Shown: positions 58,185 to 64,000 of the stretch, piece after piece
Layout: each line of letters opens with the position of its first letter
Position numbering within the stretch: the stretch's first letter is position 1
Assembly: GCA_965207225.1 (NCBI GenBank)
Contig: CBDBLV010000004.1
Coordinates: 256,001-320,000 of the forward strand
Reading direction: 5' to 3'
Length of the DNA stretch: 64,000 bases
DNA from: Dehalococcoidia bacterium
GTDB lineage: Bacteria > Chloroflexota > Dehalococcoidia > Plut-88900
The notes under the pieces: generated by a model
What the model was told of the DNA's origin: nothing
What the model saw: the letters and a program-made list of their open reading frames with translations, nothing else
Database searches by the model: none
Program-made: the position numbers and the translations under genes

Positions 58185-60029
58185 TTACAGGATACCGAGT
58201 TGGACCAGCTTTTCTTCGGTGGGCTCCCCGTCCTGGGTCCAGCCCCGGGCCTCGTAGTACTGGGGCAGCATCTCGGACAGCCGATTGACGCGGCCCTTGG
58301 CGGGACCTGCCGGAATAGCTTCGTTTAGCAACCGTTTGGGCAAGGTGTCCATGGTTCCGGGGACGCCGGCCTTGACGTTCCAGACACGCTCCAGGTTGTA
58401 GATCCGCTCCCCAACTTCCAGCAGTTCTTCCATCGAGTAGTCCAGGCCCGTGGCAGCGTTCAACTCAGGCTGGATGTCGTCCAGCCCAATGCCGAAGGTA
58501 AGGAACAGGCACAGACCTGAGGCATCGACAGCAGAAGTCACGTCCTGGAAGATCTTGGTCAGTTCGGCCTTGCCTTCGGTGGCCGTGGGGTCGGCCTGCT
58601 GCGGGATTCCGAATACCTCCGCGGCAATGGTGTATGCCTTCAAGTGGCACGCGCCCCGGTTGGATGTTGCATAGCCGAGGCCAATGCCCTGAAAGGCCCG
58701 AGCATCGTAGGCCGCCACTTCCTGACCTTTCACGCCTATGAAGAGGTCGGGGTGGCCATATTTCTCGGTCATCCTCTTGGCGCCCTCGGCCAACTCGTTG
58801 CCGAATCCCTCCCGGAGGCAGGTCTTTTCAGCCATGGCTACCAAGGCCTCTCCGCTACCGAAGTTCAGGGGCATTCCCGTCTCTTCTTCGTTGATGACCT
58901 CTTTTTCGTACAGTTCCATCGCTGCGGCCAGGGTGCCGCCGTAGGAAATGGGGTCGATGCCCAGGTCATTGCAGACCCAGTTGGCCTTGATAAGCGCATC
59001 GAGATCGCCGATACCGCAGTCTGATCCCATGGCCCAAGCTGCCTCGTATTCAGGCCCCTCGCCCGACACTTTCCAGTTGCGGGGAGTGGTGGTGACCATG
59101 TATTTGTCGGCGGCATCGCCCGGCAGGTGCGTCACCCGGCCACAGGCGATGGTGCAGGCAAAGCAGGCCTTCGGACCCGTGAGACGGGTGTCGGTCATCG
59201 TTTCTCCGCTTATACCCTCGGCCTCTGCGAACTCGCCATACTGGTGGTTGTTGGTCGGGAGTCCGCCGTGCTGGTTTATCACGTTGACAAGGACCGGGGT
59301 GCCGTACACCCGGAGGCCTTCTCCGGTAACAGGAGAAGCAGCCAACTTTTGCTTAGCAGCGAACGTGGATGTCATCATGGCGTCGCCATTCGCTACCTGT
59401 ACCGCTCCCGTGCCCCGAACGCCGATGGCCTTGAGGTTCTTGGAGCCCATCACAGCGCCAACACCGTTACGGCCTGCGGCCCGGTGCTTGTCATTCATGA
59501 TGGCGGCGAACCGCACCATGTTCTCACCGGCAGGGCCAATGCTGGCAACTACGGCGTCGGGTACGGCGGTCTCCTCTCGGATGGTGTCCTCGGTCTCCCA
59601 GACTCCCTTGCCCCAGAGGTGAGACGCGTCGATGAGCTGGACGTCATCGTCATAAATCCAGAGGTATACGGGCTTAGGTGATTTGCCGTTCAGGATCACC
59701 ATGTCGTAGCCGGCAAACTTGAGCTCGGGGCCCCAGTGCCCACCCGAGTTGGAAGTGGTAATGGTGCCGCTCAAGGGGCTCTTGGTGATCACCATGTACC
59801 GGGCCCCGCACGAGGCGTTGGTCCCCGTCATGGGACCCGTGGCGAAGATCAACTCGTTTTCCGGGCTTAGTGGCTCGACCGTCGGGTCCATATCCTCGTG
59901 GAGATACCGGGCCCCCAGGCCCCTACCCCCAACGTATTGCCGGGCCCACTCTTCGTTAATGTCTTCTTTCTTTATGGTACCGGTGCTCAGGTCTACCCGG
60001 AGCACTTTCCCAGACCAGCCGTATGCCAT
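58185..60029 (-). CDS. aor: Aldehyde:ferredoxin oxidoreductase family catalytic subunit (copy 1)
   Basis: KSPLSG, AAGRNGVGAVMGSKNLKA, CFACTIAC, GPEYE, RGACH, GLC; ATG 60029 after SD AGGAG. Confidence 0.94.
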   Translation of the reverse strand: MAYGWSGKVLRVDLSTGTIKKEDINEEWARQYVGGRGLGARYLHEDMDPTVEPLSPENELIFATGPMTGTNASCGARYMVITKSPLSGTITTSNSGGHWGPELKFAGYDMVILNGKSPKPVYLWIYDDDVQLIDASHLWGKGVWETEDTIREETAVPDAVVASIGPAGENMVRFAAIMNDKHRAAGRNGVGAVMGSKNLKAIGVRGTGAVQVANGDAMMTSTFAAKQKLAASPVTGEGLRVYGTPVLVNVINQHGGLPTNNHQYGEFAEAEGISGETMTDTRLTGPKACFACTIACGRVTHLPGDAADKYMVTTTPRNWKVSGEGPEYEAAWAMGSDCGIGDLDALIKANWVCNDLGIDPISYGGTLAAAMELYEKEVINEEETGMPLNFGSGEALVAMAEKTCLREGFGNELAEGAKRMTEKYGHPDLFIGVKGQEVAAYDARAFQGIGLGYATSNRGACHLKAYTIAAEVFGIPQQADPTATEGKAELTKIFQDVTSAVDASGLCLFLTFGIGLDDIQPELNAATGLDYSMEELLEVGERIYNLERVWNVKAGVPGTMDTLPKRLLNEAIPAGPAKGRVNRLSEMLPQYYEARGWTQDGEPTEEKLVQLGIL

Positions 60030-60034
60030 TGCTC

Positions 60035-60526
60035 CTAGCTCCCTTCTAAGGACCTTGCGTAGTTGGCGTCCACCTTGTCGCCCCACGGGCCAAGCCAATC
60101 AGAGCCGTTTGCCTCGGCAACCTCAATGGCGTTTGTCGGGCAGGCCCGGGCGCAGGCGGGGTCGCCACCGCATAGGTCGCACTTTACTGCCTTCTTGGTA
60201 GCGGGGTTCAGGAACACCGTCCCGAATGGGCAGGCGATGACGCAGAGCTTGCAGCCCACGCAGGTGTCTTCTATGACGATCTTGGCCTGGGTGTCGGGGT
60301 CCACGCCGATGGCGTTGACCGGGCAGACCTGCAGGCACCATGCCTCCTCGCATTGGAAGCAGGTGTAGGGACTGTAGCTGGACTGCTCATCAAAGATGTG
60401 CACCCTTATCAGGGACTGTGAGGGCTGGAATGTGCCGGTCTGCACCCATGAGCAAGCCAATTCACACTGAATACAGCCGGTGCATCGGTCAGGGTGAATT
60501 TCGAGCATCTTGACAGTGCTTCCCAT
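60035..60526 (-). CDS. 4x[4Fe-4S] electron-transfer subunit (AorA-like)
   Basis: CTGCIQCELAC, CFQCEEAWCLQVCP, CVGCKLCVIACP, CDLCGGDPACARACP. Confidence 0.92.
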   Translation of the reverse strand: MGSTVKMLEIHPDRCTGCIQCELACSWVQTGTFQPSQSLIRVHIFDEQSSYSPYTCFQCEEAWCLQVCPVNAIGVDPDTQAKIVIEDTCVGCKLCVIACPFGTVFLNPATKKAVKCDLCGGDPACARACPTNAIEVAEANGSDWLGPWGDKVDANYARSLEGS

Positions 60527-60606
60527 GCTTGCCTCCTTCTCGAAGGTACGCTATAAGGTAACGCGGGCTAGTTTTACATCAGGCGAGGCCTGATGGAGGG
60601 AGCATT

Positions 60607-60635
60607 AGAATAGGGCTGGAGAGGGAATTTGTCAA
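60607..60635 (-). promoter_or_regulatory. Promoter of the aor operon
   Basis: TTGACA-N17-TATTCT. Confidence 0.7.
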
Positions 60636-60680
60636 TTAGAATTCGCATTAGAATCACTCACAGAAAGTAATTCCACTTCA

Positions 60681-60710
60681 TTGACGCGCAACAAATGTGT
60701 TGTGTATACT
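60681..60710 (+). promoter_or_regulatory. hicAB promoter with palindromic operator in the spacer
   Basis: TTGACG-N18-TATACT; spacer cgcaaca-aatg-tgttgtg. Confidence 0.7.
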
Positions 60711-60750
60711 GTTCCCATCAAGGCCAAGGAGGTAAAGACGTGAATAGCTC

Positions 60751-60936
60751 ATGAATGCGAGTCAATTTAGGCGGTGGTTGTCAAAACACGGTTGTACTTT
60801 CGAGACACACAAGGGCGGCAGCGGGCACCTGACCGTCAGACTCGGAAGCAAGACTTCTCAATTGCCCATACACGGTGGAAAAAACCAGCTAAACACTAAA
60901 CTCATTGCAAAAATCAAAAAGGACTTGCAACTATAA
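60751..60936 (+). CDS. hicA: HicA toxin (mRNA interferase)
   Basis: 61 aa basic protein, GSGH catalytic His, PIHG, IKKDL. Confidence 0.9.
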   Translation: MNASQFRRWLSKHGCTFETHKGGSGHLTVRLGSKTSQLPIHGGKNQLNTKLIAKIKKDLQL

Positions 60937-60981
60937 ACTTGAATTACAACAACCGATTCATTCGGAGAAATAGAAACATTA

Positions 60982-61419
60982 ATGCTTGCATATCCGATAT
61001 CTCTTGAAGAAGATGAAAACACAATTCTGGCTACATCCCACGACTTCCCGGAACTTACCACCTTTGGTGAGGGCCGTGATGAGGCTCAATACCGTGCCCT
61101 AGACGCCCTCCAGGAGGCCATCGCCGCCCGGATCCACGACAGAAGGGACATTCCCCCTCCGTCTCCGGGCGGCGATGTCCGCATCACCTTGCCTACCCTC
61201 ACCGCCGTCAAAGTTATCCTGTACCAGGGAATGAGAGACCAGCAAATATCCAAGACGGATTTGGCGCGTCGTCTCGGATGGCATCTGCCACAGGTGGACC
61301 GGGTCCTGGACGTCAATCACCATTCGCGGCTCGACCAGATGGATGCCGCGCTGCAAGCTATAGGTTGCCGTCTGAGTGTGAGTCCAGTATCGTCGACCTC
61401 AGAACTTGTACGGACCTAG
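60982..61419 (+). CDS. hicB: HicB antitoxin with C-terminal HTH
   Basis: YP..L..D, DFPELTTFG, A.DAL, IPPPS, KTDLARRLGWHLPQVDRVLD. Confidence 0.9.
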   Translation: MLAYPISLEEDENTILATSHDFPELTTFGEGRDEAQYRALDALQEAIAARIHDRRDIPPPSPGGDVRITLPTLTAVKVILYQGMRDQQISKTDLARRLGWHLPQVDRVLDVNHHSRLDQMDAALQAIGCRLSVSPVSSTSELVRT

Positions 61420-61443
61420 TGATGCAGTCGCTTTAGGGAGATA

Positions 61444-63111
61444 GTGTTGTCGGAAACTCCTCAACTGGACACCCTCCAGCAAGCCAAGGCGAATTGGGCC
61501 GAGAAATACGAGGCCTCCAGGAAGCGCGACGCCCTGTACACGACGATTTCCGGCGCGCCCGTCGAACCCCTCCACACCCCTCCTCTCGACCCCTACTCCA
61601 ACTTCGATGAGCAGATGGGGATGCCCGGACAGTACCCATTCCTGAGAGGGATTCACCCCACGGGTCATCGGGGCCGGCTCTGGACCATGCGTATGTTCGC
61701 AGGGTTCGGGACTGCGGAAGAGACTAACGAGCGGTTCAAGTTCCTCCTGGGGCAGGGAGAGACGGGCCTCAGCACCGCCTTCGACATGCCCACCCTCATG
61801 GGTTACGACCACGACGACCCTATGGCCACCGGTGAGTTCGGCAAGTGCGGCGTCGCCGTTTCCTCCATGGCCGACATGGAGGTGTTGTTCGACGAAATCC
61901 CGATCGACCAGGTCACTACGTCCATGACCATAAACGGTCCCGCCGCCATCATCTGGGCCATGTTCATTGCAGCAGCGGAAAAGCGGGGCGTTCCGAGGGC
62001 TAAGCTGGGCGGGACGTTACAGAACGACATCATCAAGGAATACACGGCCCAGAACGAGTACATCTTCCCAGTAGAGGCCTCCATGCGCCTGGTCACCGAC
62101 ACCGTTGAGCTGGCCACCAAGGAGATGCCCCGATGGAACCCAATCAGCATTAGCGGCTACCACATCCGGGAGGCGGGCTCCAATGCCGCCCAGGAACTGG
62201 CATTTACCCTGGCCGATGGTTTCGAGTACGTAGACTGGGCCCTTGAACGTGGTCTCGACATCGACGAGTTTGCGCCTCGGCTCAGTTTCTTCTTCAACGT
62301 CCACGACGACTTCTTCGAGGAGATAGCCAAGTTCCGCGCCGCCCGAAGAATCTGGGCCCGGGAGCTTCGCAACAGGTACGGAGCGAAGAATGAACGGTCT
62401 CTTTGGCTTCGGACCCATGCGCAAACTGCCGGGGTCGCGCTCACAGCCCAGCAGCCCGAGATAAACGTCTCCCGGGTCGCGATCCAGGCCTTGGCTGCCG
62501 TTATGGGCGGCGTTCAGTCTCTTCATACCAACTCCATGGATGAGGTCCTGGCCCTTCCATCGCAGGAAGCAGTGCTTGTGGCGCTTAGAACGCAGCAGAT
62601 CATTGCTCACGAAAGCGGTGTCGCTGACCTCGCCGACCCCCTCGGCGGAAGCTACCACCTGGAAGCCATGACAGACCGAATAGAAGAGGAAGCCTACGAG
62701 TACTTCCGCCAGATCGAGGACCAGGGAGGCGTGATAGCTGCGGTCAAGAATGGCTACTTCCAACGTCAGATCGCCGATTCCGCATTCAAGTACCAGCGTG
62801 AAATCGAGCAAGACCAACGCATCAAGGTCGGGATAAACGGCTATGCCGAGGATAGAGACCCAGAAATCCCCATCCTGGAAATGGATCGAGAAGGCGAGCG
62901 GCACCACTTGGAAAGACTGCACCGCATCCGGGACACCCGGGACCAGGCTGCCGTAGACCGTGCGCTCTCGGCGCTCAAGCGGGCCGCCCTTGGCAGCGAG
63001 AATTTGATGCCGTATCTGTTGGAAGCGGCGCGGGCGTATGCGACCCTCGGGGAAACTACAAACGCCCTTCGAGATACACTGGGCGAGTCTGAGATCTATA
63101 ACGTGGCGTAG
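61444..63111 (+). CDS. Acyl-CoA mutase large subunit, isobutyryl-CoA mutase-like specificity residues
   Basis: [35 protein letters not shown]; no B12-binding domain. Confidence 0.9.
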   Translation: MLSETPQLDTLQQAKANWAEKYEASRKRDALYTTISGAPVEPLHTPPLDPYSNFDEQMGMPGQYPFLRGIHPTGHRGRLWTMRMFAGFGTAEETNERFKFLLGQGETGLSTAFDMPTLMGYDHDDPMATGEFGKCGVAVSSMADMEVLFDEIPIDQVTTSMTINGPAAIIWAMFIAAAEKRGVPRAKLGGTLQNDIIKEYTAQNEYIFPVEASMRLVTDTVELATKEMPRWNPISISGYHIREAGSNAAQELAFTLADGFEYVDWALERGLDIDEFAPRLSFFFNVHDDFFEEIAKFRAARRIWARELRNRYGAKNERSLWLRTHAQTAGVALTAQQPEINVSRVAIQALAAVMGGVQSLHTNSMDEVLALPSQEAVLVALRTQQIIAHESGVADLADPLGGSYHLEAMTDRIEEEAYEYFRQIEDQGGVIAAVKNGYFQRQIADSAFKYQREIEQDQRIKVGINGYAEDRDPEIPILEMDREGERHHLERLHRIRDTRDQAAVDRALSALKRAALGSENLMPYLLEAARAYATLGETTNALRDTLGESEIYNVA

Positions 63112-63257
63112 GCCTTCATTCCCTCCAATTTTCTTGTAGCCTTCCGGCACAATTGCGGCCGCAGACTTGATTGCATCCGGTGGCATAACGCGGATTACGC
63201 GTTTATCATAAGCACGGGAGGATCGCCCTGAACTCTACCTACGGATAAGGACGCCCT

Positions 63258-64000
63258 ATGCTCAAAAGCGAGGACCTAAAAGTTATTTCCCAACGCCAGG
63301 AAGAATGGCAGGAAAAAGCGGGCAAAGCCCGGCAGCGTGACGGACTTTTTGCCACTTCCTCCGGGTCTCCCGTCAAGGCCGCATACTCCCCCCTAGACAT
63401 CGCAGAGCAAGACTATGTGTCTGAAGTCGGGATGCCTGGCGAGTACCCTTTCACCCGAGGCATTCATCCCTCGGGATACCGTGGAAGGCTTTGGACCATG
63501 CGCCAGTACGCGGGCTTCGGTTCGGCGAGGGAGTCGAACAGGCGGTATCGCTACCTACTGGAGCAGGGCCAAACCGGGCTGAGCGTCGCATTTGATCTCC
63601 CTACCCAGATGGGTTATGACTCCGATCATCCTATGGCGCGGGGCGAGGTGGGCAAGGTGGGGGTGCCCATAGATACACTCGCTGACATGGAAGTGCTTTT
63701 CGAAGAGATCCCCCTGGAAAAAGTCACGACCTCCATGACCATCAACGCCACCGCATCGATACTGCTGGCCCTTTACGTAGCCGTGGCCAAGAAGCAGGGA
63801 GCGGACCTGTCCAAGCTGGGTGGCACAGTCCAGAACGATATCCTCAAGGAGTACATAGCCAGGGGCACTTACATTTATCCGCCCCGCCCCTCCATGCGCC
63901 TTATCACGGACCTCTTCCGCTACTGTGGGGAGAGCCTTCCGGCCTGGAATACTATCAGTATCAGCGGCTATCACATGCGGGAGGCGGGCTGCAATGCGGT
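63258..64000 (+). CDS. Methylmalonyl-CoA mutase large subunit (truncated by window end)
   Basis: Not in ORF track. From ATG 63258: [17 protein letters not shown]...[12 protein letters not shown]...[14 protein letters not shown]...[11 protein letters not shown]. Confidence 0.92.
   Translation, partial: MLKSEDLKVISQRQEEWQEKAGKARQRDGLFATSSGSPVKAAYSPLDIAEQDYVSEVGMPGEYPFTRGIHPSGYRGRLWTMRQYAGFGSARESNRRYRYLLEQGQTGLSVAFDLPTQMGYDSDHPMARGEVGKVGVPIDTLADMEVLFEEIPLEKVTTSMTINATASILLALYVAVAKKQGADLSKLGGTVQNDILKEYIARGTYIYPPRPSMRLITDLFRYCGESLPAWNTISISGYHMREAGCNA

Overview
GC-rich bacterial chromosome segment. Gene content (Chlor_Arch_YYY membrane protein, large Alu-type SRP RNA, expanded catabolic paralog families) suggests Chloroflexota, Dehalococcoidia/SAR202-like; this taxonomy is inference. 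Housekeeping genes (ftsY, rnc, cca, ispE/D/F, rsmA, cysS, secG, gatB, pcm, tRNA-Arg, SRP RNA) are interleaved with catabolic modules: three tandem Rieske oxygenases, amine/guanidino-compound uptake and hydrolases, lutABC, a Liv-type ABC transporter, CoA transferases, katG, a W/Mo aldehyde oxidoreductase operon with two catalytic subunits, hicAB and two acyl-CoA mutase large subunits. Main hidden signals: (1) an unannotated selenoprotein candidate, a DsbA/FrnE-fold protein with in-frame UGA (U-P-Y-V), a SECIS-like hairpin and no cysteine; (2) a Rieske triplication whose middle copy lost a [2Fe-2S] His ligand; (3) an AOR operon with two AorB paralogs sharing one Fe-S and one FAD subunit; (4) probable ATC start codons in two genes; (5) structured leaders on two solute-binding-protein genes; (6) mosaic arrays of several palindromic repeat families. 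No CRISPR array, integrase or transposase was seen.
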